Assembly (NCBI RefSeq): GCF_009914755.1
Contig: NC_060935.1
Reading direction: 5' to 3' (one strand)
DNA length: 64,000 bases
Source: the human T2T-CHM13v2.0 reference genome, Homo sapiens
Position numbers and translations under genes: made by a program. The notes under the pieces are model-generated. The model ran no database searches, had not been told where the DNA came from, and worked only from the letters and a program-made list of their open reading frames with translations. Each line of letters begins with the position of its first letter. Within the stretch, counting starts at the first letter, position 1. This document shows positions 46,541 through 60,485 of this stretch, in pieces.

Positions 46541-46988
46541 TTTCATTCACGTCTGTGTGAAGAGACCACCAAACAGGCTTTGCGTGAGCAACAAGGCTGG
46601 TTATTTCACCTGGGTGCAGGCAGGCTGAGTCCGAAAAGAGTGTCAGCGAAGGGAGATAGGGGTGGGGCCGTTTTATAAGATTTGGGTAGGTAAAGGAAAA
46701 AGGGGGTTGTTCTCTGGTGGGCAGGAGTGGGGGCTCACAAGGTGCTCAGTGGGGGAGTTTTTGAGCCAGGATGAGCCAGGAGAAGGAATTTCACAAAGTA
46801 ATGTCATCAGTTAAGGCAAGGACAGGCCATTTTGTTTTCTTTTGTGGTGGAATGTCATCAGTTAAGGCAGGAAGAGGCCATTTAAATATCACTTCTTTTG
46901 TGATTCTTCAGTTGCTTCAGGCCCTCTGGATGTATACATGCAGGTCACAGGGGATATGATGGCTTAGCTTGGGCTCAGAGGCCTGACA
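46541..46988 (-). promoter_or_regulatory. HERV-H 5' LTR (LTR7 family, LTR7B-like)
   Basis: Starts TGTCAGGCCTCTGAGCCCAAG on the - strand; duplicated AATGTCATCAGTTAAGGC unit; retains TTATAAAA on the - strand (46671-46678), which is mutated in the 3' LTR. Confidence 0.75.
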
Positions 46989-47537
46989 CTGAGAATGCTA
47001 CAAGCTCCCACTACCTTTCAACTTGGTCTTTGTTGCACATGCCAGGACTTAGCAAATGCTCTGAGGGCAAAAGCAGAGGCAAATGCAGCTTGCATAGCTG
47101 CACTAGTGTACATTCTTTCCAGCAATCTTCCCTTCAAGTCCCACTTGGATTGTTTTTTTCTTTAACAACTTTGGTTGCTTTAAGTATTTTACCTAGCTTC
47201 TATGTTTACTATTGATTGGAAGGTTAGTACAAGCTCCTCCATTTTGCTCAGATGTTGGATGTAGTTTCTGCTTATCCACAAGTGTCCCAAAGCCCCAAGG
47301 GACTGGTTTAGGATTTATCCTCTGTCACCTGGATGATCACACCAGACTTCTAACTGGTCTCTGCTTATAGGCTTACCCTTTCCAATCCATGCTAACTCAG
47401 GAAAATGATACATCGGTTGTATTTTTCCAAAATTTCTTATAGTATACATTTCTCAGATAATAAACTATGGCTTCTGGCTTCCCCTCTCTACCTACAGTGC
47501 TGCAGACTTGGTTCAAAAATTAGGAACTGGCAAGCCA

Positions 47538-47785
47538 TGCTTTGGGAGGCCCAAGTGGGAGGATTGCCTGAGGTTAGGAGCTCGAGACCTGCCTGGCCAA
47601 CATAGTGAGACCCCATCTCTAGAAAAAAAAATGAGCTTGGCATGGTGGTACACTCATATAGTTCTAGCTACTTAGGAGGCTGAGGATCACTGGATTCCAG
47701 GAGTTCAAGGCTGCAGTGAGCTTTGATTGTGCCACTGTACTCCAGAGTAGGTGACAGAGCAAGACCTTGTCTCTAAAAAACAAAA
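47538..47785 (+). mobile_element. AluJ-like element
   Basis: CTTTGGGAGGCCCAAG...GCAAGACCTTGTCTCT plus A-rich tail. Confidence 0.85.
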
Positions 47786-48962
47786 CACAATTAAGAACTG
47801 AATTCCTAAAGTATCCAGGTACTGTATGAGCAGTGAGCCAAGATGAATATGCACAGTTCTGGTCATTGAGTCTAGTATAATGAGGATGCTAGAACTATGA
47901 AAGATAACCTCAAAGTTGTAATTTTTATGATGTAATCATGCCCCTGACACTACAGGAGCCTAGATAATGGCATGGGCCTAGTTAGTACAATCCCCTTGCT
48001 GGGCTAGAGTCAGCAATGAGCTGTAATAGGAAGTCATTGTCTGTCAATACTGACACAAGGAACATTTACCGAGCATTTACTATGTTCTAGGAACTTTTCT
48101 GGCTGATCTGGAAGGGCAGATAAAGAAGTCTACCTTTTGCCCTCAAGGGGTTTGCAGTCTATTAGGAGACAACCCTGCCAAACAGTAACATACCAGGTTG
48201 TTTGAAACACATCAACAACAAAACAACAACGCCAAACAAAACAGAAACAGGAGCAAATCTATTTTTTTAAAGAGTTGAGAAGAATAGCACAAATACATAA
48301 AATGAAAAAGAAGAACAATCTTCAAAATAGAAAATGGATTTTATTATGAATTATTATAAATAAACTTCACAAAACAAGGTGTACAAATGTACCATAAACA
48401 CATGAGGTGATGCTCAGCATCTTTAGTCATCAGGGAAATGCAAACCAAAATCCCAAAATTCCACTCAGAAACACTAAATGGCTAAAATAGAAAAGGTGAG
48501 AAAGAATGAATGTTGGTGAAGTTGTGGAACAATGGGGACGCTGATGCTGGGAATGTAAACTGATTAAACCACTTTGGAAAAAAAACTTGGCAATTCTTAG
48601 GAAGTTCAACATATATTTATCCCATAGCCCAGACATTTCAGTCTTAGGTACTCACCCAAGAGAAACTGGTTGCTTGAGGGCCTGAAGGGAGAACTGGTAG
48701 GGGGTGCTTTATGAGTGTTGTCAGTTAGGCCCTGGGCTTGCGATCCGAGGAGGGAAGAGGAGAGAGGCTGATTTTGGTATCCTGAGATTCTTCATGGACC
48801 CAAGAAGCCAAAGTGAAATCCTGAAGTGGGTTGAAGGGGACCAGGAATCTCAAAGGCTTTCTTTAGGTGCATCTGAAGAGATCTGCTGCTTGCTTTGTTC
48901 TTTACTACCAGACTTGGGCCAACAGAGACCACTTTGTCTTCTAGCATCTCTGGGACTGCTCC

Positions 48963-49724
48963 TGTTAGGGGAAGAAGGTATCTGAGTTACCTAAGGTGAA
49001 TCCATACGGGTCTGCAGCAACCTCAGTTCTTATCTCTTCAGAGCAGCAAGAATTCGACTAAGAGGCATAAGGCAAAAAAAGACCGAGGCAAGTCTCAGAG
49101 CAGGAGTGGAAGCTTATTAAACAGCTTTAGAGCAGAAAGTAAAGTACACTTGGAAGAGACTCCAGTGGGTGACTTGAAGGACAAGTGCCCTGCTTAACCT
49201 TGATCCTGGGACTTTATATTGTGGCCCATTTTTGGCATATTGCACCCCTTTCCCATGATTCTTCCCTTAGGGTAGGCTGCCCACCTGCTAACACCCTCCT
49301 TATGCTTGGGAAGTGAGCATGCGCAGTGTGTTTAGGAAATTGTACTCATGTCCATCTGAGGCTTTCTTCCCTTTTCTGGTGGAATGCCTCCGGAAGGTCC
49401 TACTCTGCCATTTTCTCTTAAGGCACATGCCTGGACTCACTTGCCCAAATCCTGAGATTTTATGGGAAGCTGATTACCAATCTCCAGTGTTTTTATCTGT
49501 TTGGGAAGTTGTCTCTCCCTGGTGCCCGAGTTCAATGAACACTTTAGTGTGGCAGCTGTGGACCCTCAGGAGATTGTCTTTCCTCACTGGCTGCCAAGTT
49601 CTCATTTTTAGAGAGGCAGTGTGGTAACTGCCCAACCATCACTTGCTGGTCGCCTGACCTTCCTGGTGGGTTGGGGGTAGAGCCCTCTCCTGCCTGGTTC
49701 ATGTCTGTCTAACTACCTGTAACA
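48963..49724 (-). mobile_element. Solo ERV1 LTR (MER50-like)
   Basis: TGTTA...TAACA termini with 4-bp TSD CTCC; - strand begins TGTTACAGGTAGTTAGACAG. Confidence 0.7.
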
Positions 49725-50322
49725 CTCCCATTTGGAGTCCAGGAGCAACTTGAGCGTCAGTGATAAAGATTCTGTGTTAGCAGGCCCAGCAGTCAGCAAT
49801 GATCAGTCAGAAGAAACTGAACACTTACCAGTGACATGCAGAGGGGAGGGGAGAAAGATGACAACTTGGACGAAAAGTAAATTCTATTAAAAAAAATGTG
49901 AGGGGCCAACACTTTCTGAGACCAAAACACGATTTCTCTTATCAACAATTTAGTGAGTGAATTGAGATCCAAATTTGATTTGACAAATACTTCAAAACAA
50001 AAAGCAGAAATATAAGAAACCACGAGGAAAAAGAAGGGATGTGGCAGATAAATCAAGAATAACAAAATGTAAATTACTAGAATTTCACAAGGAGTAAAAG
50101 GTATTCGTGGAAGTAAGACAATAATTAAAGAATAGTATATTATTTCTTGAATGTAATAAAAGGCTCACTGTTTCAGGTTAAACCATGCTTTCTCAACAGG
50201 AGTGATAATGTCCCTAATGGGGCAGAATCTGGTTCTCGGGGGAGTGAACAGAAATCTCACTCCCTTTATGTACACAGCACAGATGCCGTACATAAACAAA
50301 TACACAATATATCTATGCTATT

Positions 50323-53300
50323 AAAATTTTATGGGGAAGCGATTAGGGAAAAATGTCTGAGAAGTCTCCTTAAGTGGGGGTTGATTAAAACAATGGAGAA
50401 ATACTGGACTAGAGTGATGAGAAAAAAGAAACACTGAGGCATCTGTCAGTACAAATTTTGAACTCTAAAGAGAAAGAGAAAAATCTGACAAAAAAACATA
50501 CCGTTAAAAAGAACATATTATCTACAGAAGAAGAATGATGCTGTAATTAGACTTTTTATCTCCAACGCTGGAACGGACAGTGGCATAGCAGTTAAGGACT
50601 ACTGAGAGAAAGGACTACAGCCCAACAATCCTGGACCCAGCTGAGATGTGGCCCCTCTGTTTGGTTGAAGGAAAGATACACAGCAATTCAGACAGTTTAT
50701 CTCCTGTGTTCCCCAACAGAGAAACCTATTTGAGAGAAGACTTTCCAAACATTATCACTTATGTGAACCTGAACAACAATTGGTGGGAATGTGAAGAAAA
50801 GAAAGGAAATGGAGGCATGTACTGAGGCTGGGACTAAATATTTCAATAATTTCTTATGTGTATAACAGAAAAAGAAGTTTAGACTTCAGGTAAAGTTCAG
50901 TTGTAAATAAGGACTCAGAAATTGAAGGAACTATCTGTGAGATACATTTGACTAAGGCTATTGAACTAAAATTAACAAAATATCCTGGCAAAACCTGGAA
51001 GTTAGGAATAGGGGATCAGTGAAAAGTGAAAAAGAATTAAGAGCATTGCAAAACTCTTGTTTTCAAATAAGTACTAGAGAAACGTGTTCTGATCAGGAAG
51101 GCAGAGAAAGCGCAGGTAACCATTTAATGGGGTGGGTAATCCAAGTAGAAATTCAAGTTAGGTACAAAATGGAGTATATAACAACTTGATAAAAACCAAG
51201 GGCAGAAATAACAATATAAAATAAAGAAGATGCGAGGAATGTACAGTAAAAAAGTCATTACACCAAATGTGTATAGACTAAATTCTAGCATTAAATAAAT
51301 TTTGAAATGTGGGTGGGTGAAGGGATCACAGGAATAAGAAATAAAATCAGGATGAACATAATCCATGCCCAGAGATTTTGATTCATTTGATCTGGGGTAG
51401 GTCCCAGACATTGGCATCTTATAAAAGTTTGGTAGAAAGGTCTTGAAATATCCAGCCACAGTTAACAATCACTGAACTGGAAAATCACTCTTAGCAGATT
51501 CCAGAACTGGAACTGTTATTGATGCCTGTGTCTCGAGGTGCCTAAAAGCCAGAATACCTTTGCCATGTTCTCCCTCAGAATCTTGAGATTTATTTATTTC
51601 TGTTTAGGTCCTGTGTAACTTGTGATATCGCAATAGCAGCGGAAACATTTTTCTCTGTCTCATCACATTGTTTTTCTAATACACTTCTCCACGTTTTGTC
51701 TTGTGTGTGTTCCCCTATACTTGGACTTACGTAGTCAAGAAGTCTGGTGCTTTGAAAAGCAATTAGTGTTTAAATAAATTATGTCTACTTTTATGTCTCT
51801 GAGTTGGTACTCTACCATCAGCTCAACATCTAATCCAATTAACCACATACTGTTTCCCTGGATTTTTTTGTTTGTCTCACTTTGTGCCTTCACTTGGAGG
51901 CAGAACATAGTAAATGCCCTTGTCATTTCCCCTGAGGACATAGGCAGTACCCGTAGTACTACCTCTAAGAAGTGTTTCAAGTAGAAATTCACTTATATGA
52001 TACATTTAGTATTTCATACTGATCCTCCCGGTATTATCCTTTTATTTCTGTTGAAATTATATGCAACCACTTTGTGTATCAGTCTTCAAGGTTTGGTTTA
52101 ACACTGTTTCTCAATTCTTTCAAAACACACAAAACATCTTCCTTTTCAGTAACACTTATAGCTGGTCTCTGAGATTTTTCTTCTTTTCATTTGTTAGATT
52201 TCTTTAGGTCTCAGTCATTGAGTCTGATAAGACATTTCACAACATATTTAAGATCTGACTAGCTTTTCATTTATGTTGAATGTTTCCTCTCATTTGGTTT
52301 TTCAAGAAAATCCTGTTCATTCTCTATGCCCGAAGCAGTGCATTTAACAATTCTTCAGATGCTTCTAATGTATAGTCAAGTTTCAAAAATCTCTAGGGAA
52401 GTTCTTCTAAAACTTTGGCTTTTGGAATTATTAGGAAGACTTTGAAAAACACAGATCTCTGGGCTTCACCACTCGAGTTTCTGATTCAGTGGTTTGAGGT
52501 CCAAATTTGCATTTTTTTTTAATAGCTCCCAATTGAGGCTAATGCTGAGCACACACTTTGAGAAACTTGAAGGTGTTTACTGATTTAAAAAATACAGTAA
52601 GCACTCACTAACTGTGGTCAATAGGTTCTTCAAAACAATGACTTCAAGCGAAATGATGTATAATAAAATCAATTTTATCATAGGTTAATTGATATGAACA
52701 AGAGTCACAAAAGCATCACCAAATTTCTAAATAAAGATTCAACACACTTTGAATATTAAACCTTGAAATAAATGTGAGTTATACACACATTTAAGAAAGC
52801 GTAATAAAACCAAGTAAGATTATTATTTACCCAAATTTCGGTGAATCAGTGAGTGACAGCGGTTGTAGTTGTGGTAAGTTAAATCAAGGAATAAATGTTT
52901 GCAAAGAAAAAATTATAAGGAGCTCTTCCTACTACTACACAGTTAAAAACCAACAATGACAGACACGGCAGGCTGATCTATTTTGTACTCTGATCATTAT
53001 TGTCTTGCATTTGTATGATTACCACATATTTTATGAATTTTTATTTTTCAATAATTTGTATTCATTCATTCATTTTCCAATCCGCTGATTCCACTTTGGA
53101 GTGGCAGGTGGCTGGAGCCAATCTCGGCAGCTCAAGGTGTGAGGAAGGAACCAACGCTGGACAGGACCCCATCCGGGATTCAGGGCACACCCTCACACTA
53201 GGACCATAGAGATGTCAGTTCACCTAATGTGCACATCTTTGGGACGTGGGAGGAAACAAGAGTATCCAGAGACAACCCACACAGACATAGGGAGAATACG

Positions 53301-54270
53301 CAAACTCCACAGAGACAGTGGCCCCGCCAGAAGTCAAATTCTTTTCTCATTAATGTTATAATAAAATGACGTTAAGTGAGGCTGGGGACAGTGGCTCATG
53401 CCTGTAATCCCAGCACTTTGGGAGGCTGAAGCGGGTGGATCACTTGAGCCCCTGGCCTTTTGAGACCAGCCTGGGTAACATGGTAAAATTCCATCCTCTA
53501 CAAAAAATACAGAAGTTATTCAGGTATGGTGGTACACACCTGTAGTCCAAGCTACTCAGGAGGTCGAGATGAGAGGAATGATTGAGCCCAGGAGTTTGAG
53601 GTTGCAGTGAGCCATGATGGCACCACTGCATTACAACCGGGGTGACAGAGTGAGACCCTTTGTCAAAATGAAAAAAGAAAAAAAAGGATGTTATTTGAGA
53701 ACCTGCTGTATTTGCAATGTAAGAATCACCTTAAGAAGGACATAGAAAAATACAATATATTGCTTTATAGATACATTTTGTCACTGCACCAGGGACAAAA
53801 GTGATGTCCCTGATCTGATTTACATTGATAAAAATGTGAGCTATACATACAATTAAGAAAAATTAATAAAAAAAAGCAAGGTTAATATTTACTCAATTTT
53901 TGGTGAATCAGTGAGTGACAGCAAACAGAGCTAACCTATAAATAAATCCCGACTGGGTGGGGCCCCCTTTGTGGAGAGTTGCAGCTTTAGGAATTTAATA
54001 ATCTTGATGATTGTTTCGATTAGTTAGGAGCCCATTATCATAATCTAATCAACCATAAGGTGACTGATTATAAAGTGACAGGATTATCCTTAATGTTTGG
54101 AACCCCTTTCATAATTTAAAAATCTCTTCATTTTCTTAATAAATTTTACAAACTTTTAAAGAAAAATAATTCTAAACATTGTATTTCAGTACCGAAAACT
54201 AAGACACAACTGTACCTGAAGGCATATTAAAGTAGGCAGAGGCTTGCAGCAATTGCTGCCTTCTCTGGAG
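50323..54270 (+). repeat. Older, diverged paralog of the upstream region of copies 1 and 2
   Basis: Aligns by eye to 465-3100 (and inverted to 13840-17217) with many substitutions; lacks the L1 and two Alus; has an extra ~1.65 kb. Confidence 0.85.
52596..53708 (-). mobile_element. Complete MER6-like DNA transposon (with AluJ 53379-53685)
   Basis: TA-CAGTAAG... and ...ACCTGCTG-TA ends, giving both termini and a TA TSD. Confidence 0.75.
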
Positions 54271-54827
54271 AATCATTATGATTCCAGTAATATCAAATGC
54301 AGAAAATGTTGTGTAGAATAACTCTTAAAATACCATAAGCAGATATGTTTTTGAGAATGGGATTTTTTTTGTATTGGTGAAAAATTTTGTGAATTTCTGT
54401 ACAAAACTATGTACAATGGTCCTGTGATTTATGCAATTGCATTTCTCGAACACTATGAAAATTAAAACAAGCAACATCACTTGTAATTTATAATTAAATA
54501 GGGTGCAGCCTTGGACATTGTCAATATGTTTATCATCCAATTTAATGTCTGAAGGTCACTGGAGAGTCCTATGACATGCTTGCAGGTAGCTTAATTGTCT
54601 TGGCCATTGTCCATAGCAGCCCCCATTCACTAGGAGAACCACCAGAGCAAACTCCAGATTTTAAGTGAATCCAGACTGGGTGGTGCCACCTTTGCTGAGA
54701 GTTACTGCTTTAGGTAATTTAATCATCTGGATTGTTCTTGTGATGAGTTAGGAGACGATTATCACAACCTAATCAATCCAGAAGTCATGAAATCTTCACC
54801 CACTAATTCAGGTGACTCAATATAAAC
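53935..54827 (+). promoter_or_regulatory. Putative promoter/enhancer of copy 3 (DUX4 sites + TATA)
   Basis: TAATCTAATCA 54041-54051, TAATTTAATCA 54715-54725, CAACCTAATCA 54765-54775, TATAAA 54821-54826. Confidence 0.65.
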
Positions 54828-54951
54828 CTGCCTCCTGTGCCTCCACATTAGCTCATTTGGAAGACCTGGGTATAGGTGGTCGTCTCCTCGGCTCCGAGTC
54901 CCTGCAGCAACTGAGGTGCCTGTGTCTCTCTGGTTCCCAGTGGCCACCATC

Positions 54952-55536
54952 ATGCTCTCCTCCCCACTCAGGGTGGCTGTGGTGTGCGTGAGCAATGTCA
55001 ACAGGAGCATGGAGGCCCACAGCATCCTCAGGAGAAAAGGGCTAAGTGTCCGGTCTTTTGGAACTGAATCTCATGTGAGGCTACCAGGACCAAGACCCAA
55101 TCGTCCTGTAGTTTATGATTTTGCAACAACATATAAGCAGATGTACAATGACCTCCTCAGGAAAGATAGAGAACGCTACACCCGCAACGGAATCTTACAC
55201 ATCTTGGGAAGAAATGAGAGAATCAAGCCCGGTCCAGAAAGATTTCAGGAGTGCACTGATTCCTTTGATGTCATCTTCACCTGTGAGGAGAGTGTCTATG
55301 ACACAGTGGTGGAAGATCTGTGTTCCAGAGAACAGCAGACCTTTCAGCCTGTGCACGTGATCAACATGGAAATCCAAGATACCCTGGAAGATGCCACCCT
55401 GGGAGCTTTCCTCATCTGTGAGATTTGCCAGTGCCTGCAGCAGTCAGACGACATAGAAGACAATCTGGAGGAGCTGCTGTTGCAAATGGAGGAGAAGGCA
55501 GGAAAAAGCTTTCTTCACACCGTCTGCTTCTACTGA
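54952..55536 (+). CDS. SSU72L: SSU72-like CTD phosphatase retrogene copy 3 (194 aa)
   Basis: Intact ORF with GCCACCATCATG context; differs from copy 1 by T5P, F104S, D140E, M168I. Confidence 0.9.
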   Translation: MLSSPLRVAVVCVSNVNRSMEAHSILRRKGLSVRSFGTESHVRLPGPRPNRPVVYDFATTYKQMYNDLLRKDRERYTRNGILHILGRNERIKPGPERFQECTDSFDVIFTCEESVYDTVVEDLCSREQQTFQPVHVINMEIQDTLEDATLGAFLICEICQCLQQSDDIEDNLEELLLQMEEKAGKSFLHTVCFY

Positions 55537-58500
55537 ACATCTGAGCTGGCTTTGTCCCCTTCCTCAGTAAGAACTTAGGCATGGGACTTTAGTCCGGATT
55601 TATTGTGAGAAGCATCTGCAAAGACCTTCCACTGAGTACTGTTTGTGTGACTTTTGTACACATCACCTGGAAAGAGACTATTACCAAGAAAATATTTTAT
55701 GGGAAATGAGAAGGACTAACATTTTTAAAAGCACTGAAAAATGCTTGGCATTGTGCTAGGTGCATTACATGGGATAACTAATTTCATGCTTATATCATTC
55801 TACAAGGAAGCTAGCCCACCATGACGCCATTTTCCAGATAAGCAAACCGAGCTGATAATGGACTGCTGGAAAAATGATTTGTTTAAGGGTATTCAGCAGA
55901 TAAATAACATTGTATAGATAAGCACCTTTTAAATAAACTTCCTTTTCTCAATTTGAGTGGTTTCTTTTTAATTTTTTAATTTTTTAAGTTAGTTGAGACC
56001 AATGGAGTGTGGTATGTTAACTTAAATGTTGTTCTTCTTTAATAAGAGTATAATATTACATGTTTGAACAGATAAATGTTTTTACATATAGATTATATCT
56101 TTTTTACTAATGCTCACTTTAATAGGTAAAATCCAAGTTGGATAATGAACTACATATGATTGTAAAATTTGGAATTATCAGCTCAAATCATAGGTCATCA
56201 AATTAAATGAAATAAAAAATGTAAATAAAAAGCATATTCTTATTTCTGTTTAGGGGATGCATTTCAAGCCACTAAGCGACATGCTTTTGTTTAAACCTTA
56301 TGAATTACACTGAAAAAAAAAAAAAACCCAAGTTGGATAACAAACCACAGATTATCGTAAAATTTGGAATTATCTCCTCAAATAATAGGTCACCAAATCA
56401 AATAAAAAATTTCAAAAAAAGTATATTCTTATTTATGTTGGGGGATGGATTTCACACCACTAAGCCACATGTTTTTATTTAAGGCTTATAGATTACACTG
56501 AAATAAGCAATCTCTCATATTGAGAGATTCAAATTGTATTAAATTGAAAATGTTTATTGATTTGAGCATTGAGAACATCAGGTGATAAACCTAATGATGT
56601 TTTCATGGAGAAACAAGTGAAACACTTTCCGTAATCCTTGGTATTGGCACTAAAACATGTTCACTAATAGGAGAAAAAATAGATCACAAGTAGTTGTTCA
56701 GAGTTGAATTAATTTACATGTTATCTACTGAATTAGACTTATTATGGCAACCTAAAATAACAGCAGAGATTAGCTTTCCAAAGATAATGAGTTTATTTAA
56801 ATGAAGGATTGCAAACAGGAATGCACCAGGTATAATAAGTTGTAGGTGCATCCTGAGAGGTTGGGGTAAGGGGAAACTTTTAAAGGCAAAAAGAAGTCCA
56901 CAGAAACTACTTTAAAACAAAGTTTATTGGTCACAGAAGCTGACTGCAGGAGTTGGCGTTAGCTTCTTGGTGGAGACAGCCATTGCTAGGCATGTGTTCC
57001 TGCGAGAACATTTTATCTGGAATGCTGCAGTCTTGAATATAATGCAGTTACAGAAATATGTGTGAACATGCAGAATGAGCAAAGTGTGTAAGACCTGCTG
57101 GTGGTGTAAAGCATGTAGGATGTGCCATGATCTCTTGTGGGTTTTAGGGAGTCGTGATAGCTCTTATCTCAGATATACAGGCATGGGCTCCCCTCCTTCA
57201 TGACCCTGCAGCTCCACTTCACCTGGATCTGACGATAGTGGACTTCATCTTGGTAGTAACAACTTTCACATTTTTGGTATCAGAAACTTTCAAAGTTGTA
57301 AGAAAATATTCTTTTTCCTCTTGCAGCGTGGGTAGCAGGAGGCAAGTGGAAGTGGGGAACCCAGCTGGTACAGTAGTTCGCAGAGGAGAGGTTGGAAGCT
57401 TGGGGGAGGGAAGTGTCTGTCAAAAGGCAGAAGAATGGACACATTGGAGAGGGATGTTAGAGCTGACATGAGAGACTTCTTGATGAGAAAAGGAGGACTT
57501 TTGAATCACTCTCAGATTTCTGATTTTAAGGGTGGCTGGGTCCAAATATATAAGTGAAGGTTTTGGTGGTAGGGCAGTGAGGTGTTTCCTCACTGATAGT
57601 TTCTCTCTATTCTGTCAATGTGGCTTAAGATAAGGCCATCAGCTGGCAGTGGGCAGTCAGGATCATGATTGGGGATGGGGTGAGGATATTTGGCATAGAT
57701 AATTGTTTTAAAATATGGGAATACAAACCTGAGTGTAGTTTTTTGTGAGAGCTCTTCTGAAGATAAAAGTGAGACTGTCCCATAGATACTACTTTTTCCA
57801 GCCAATCCATTTGGAAAAACATGACAAGGTGGTTGAGTTTCTCTTTTCTCTCTGTTTGGACATGGACAATGCAAATGTGACAGAAGAGCAAGGTGCAGAA
57901 AAGCTTCGGGAGTTTGAAAGGGTGTAATTATAGTGATAAACGATGAAACCTGGTTTTGGACCAGAAAGGGTGAATAAGTAGGGATTGGGCTGGAATCCAT
58001 GGGTTGTGGCACAATGCATGGTCAAACAGCCCTTATAGTTTAAATAAAGAAGCAAAAGTGAATGGAAAGATGTGGTCTTATAGTTGGGGCATGACTGTTT
58101 CAGATTTTGATCTAGTGGTGAGGTTCTTGATGACTATGACCATGGGTATGTCTGGTGGGGTGTAGACAAGTGCAATTGGAGAAGAAGTGAGAGTGTTGAG
58201 GGTGCTGGGTGGATAATCTGTGTGGATGCTGGAATTGCTAAGAACTGTGGCAGTAGTTGGTTGTGAGGAAGCATGAGAAGTGAGAGCTTATATAATCACT
58301 AAAAATCCAGGGTGTGGGAAGTATGGGGCACGATGATATGTTGGGCAGATATGGTAAGAAGACTTTCTAGGTTGTTGAACACCTCTAGTATTGGTTTATT
58401 GGGTAGAGGGAGGGGAGCTCTGATTGGAAGTCGTAATGGTGACCTCGCGTATCTGACTATATACTATGTAGAGTGGGAAATAAAGACTTAGATTTACTGT

Positions 58501-59002
58501 AATGAAAATACAATGATTTCTTGAGGAAGTAGCCAGAGAAAGAGGCAAATGGGTGTTCACATGGTTATTGAAGATGAAAAATGACCTTTGGATACAAATT
58601 TCAGGAAGATTTGAAGATGAATCTGAACTATAAAAGTGAGTTGTGCCAGAAAGAAGGATATTGTGATAAGGACCAGTCAAATGAACATTGCTTTAGGTGT
58701 GTCTGACAAATTTCTATTTCTTGATTACATGATGTATGCCTTATAATAATTTCTTAAGCAACTCCTTTATTTTTGTTTGGTTTTCTGTATTTGTGTATGT
58801 GTGTTTTTTCTTCCGTTTTAAAATTACCATAAGAAGACTAACAAAACACTCAAAAAATGAGGGAAATACTTTGTTTCATAAAAAAACTTAACATTATAAG
58901 TATGTTAATAGCTTTATTTGTAATTGTTTTATTTCCTCTCTTTTACTTCCTCTCCCTCCTCACTTCCCACGTCCAATCTTCTCATTCTCCTTCTTCTTCT
59001 TC

Positions 59003-60485
59003 TTTTTTTTTTTTTTTTTTGTATTTATTGATCATTCTTGGGTGTTTCTCAGAGAGGGGGATTTGGCAGGGTCATAGGACAATAGTGGAGGGAAGGTCAG
59101 CAGATAAACATGTGAACAAGGGTCTCTGGTTTTCCTAGGCAGAGGACCCTGTGGCCTTCCACAGTGTTTGTGTCCCTGGGTACTTGAGATTAGGGAGTGG
59201 TGATGACTCTTAACGAGCATGCTGCCTTCAAGCATCTGTTTAACAAAGCACATCTTGCACGGCCCTTAATCCATTTAACCTTGAGTGGACACAGCACATG
59301 TTTCAGAGAGCACGGGGTTGGGGGTAAGGTTATAGATTAACATCATCCCAAGGCAGAAGAATTTTTCTTAGTACAGAACAAAATGGAGTTTCCTATGTCT
59401 ACTTCTTTCTACACAGACACCGCAACAATCTGATTTGTCTTTCTTTTCCCCACATTTCCCCCCTTTCTATTCGACAAAACCGCCATCGTCATCATGGCCC
59501 ATTCCCAATGAGCTGTTGAGCACACCTCCAAGACGTGGTGGTGGCCTGGCAGAGGCGCCCCCCACTTCCCAGACGGGGCAGCCGGGCAGAGGCGCCCCCC
59601 ACTTCCCGGACGGCGCGGCTGCCGGGAGGGGGCTGCCACCCACCTCCCTCCCAGGAGGGGCGGCTGCTGGGCGGAGGGGCTCCTTACTTCTCAGAAGGGG
59701 CGGCGGGGCAGAGACACTCCTCACCTCCCAGACGGGGTGGCGGTCGGGCAGAGACACTCCTCAGTTCCCACACGAGGTCACGGCCTGGCAGAGGGGCTCC
59801 GCGTATCTCAGACGATGGGCGGCCGGGCAGAGACGCTCCTCACTTCCCAGACCGGATGGCTGCCAGGAAGAGGCGCTCCTCACTTCCCAGACTGGGCGGC
59901 CGGGCAGAGACACTCCTCAGTTTCCAGACGGGGTAGCGGCCGGGCAGAAGCGCTATTCACATCTCAGATTGGGCGGCTGTGCAGAGGGGCTCCTCACATC
60001 CCAGACGATGGGCGGCCAGGCAGAGACGCTCCTCACTTCCCAGACGGGGTGGCGGCCGGGCGGAGGCTGCAATCTCGGCACTTTGGGAGGCCAAGGCAGG
60101 CGGCTGGGAGGTGCAGGTTGTAGCGAGCCGAGATCACGCCACTGCACTCCAGCCTGGGCAACATTGAGCACTGAGTGAGCGAGACTCCATCCGCAATCCC
60201 AGCACCTTGGGAGGCCGAGGCGGGCAGATCACTCGCGGTCAGGAGCTGGAGACCAGCCCGGCCAACACGGCGAAACCCCTTCTCCACCAAAAAACACAAA
60301 AACCAGTCAGGCGTGGCGGCGCGAGCCTGCAATCCCAGGCACTGGGCAGGCTGAGGCAGGAGAATCAGGCAGGGAGGTTGCAGTGAGCCGAGATGGCGGC
60401 AGTACAGTCCAGCCTCAGCTTGGCATCAGAGGGAGACCAGGGAGAGGGAGAGGGAGACCGTGGAGAGGGAGAGGGAGAGGGAGAG
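59003..60485 (-). mobile_element. SVA retrotransposon, duplicated copy
   Basis: Same structure and TSD as 7832-9311 at an offset of ~51.17 kb. Confidence 0.95.
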
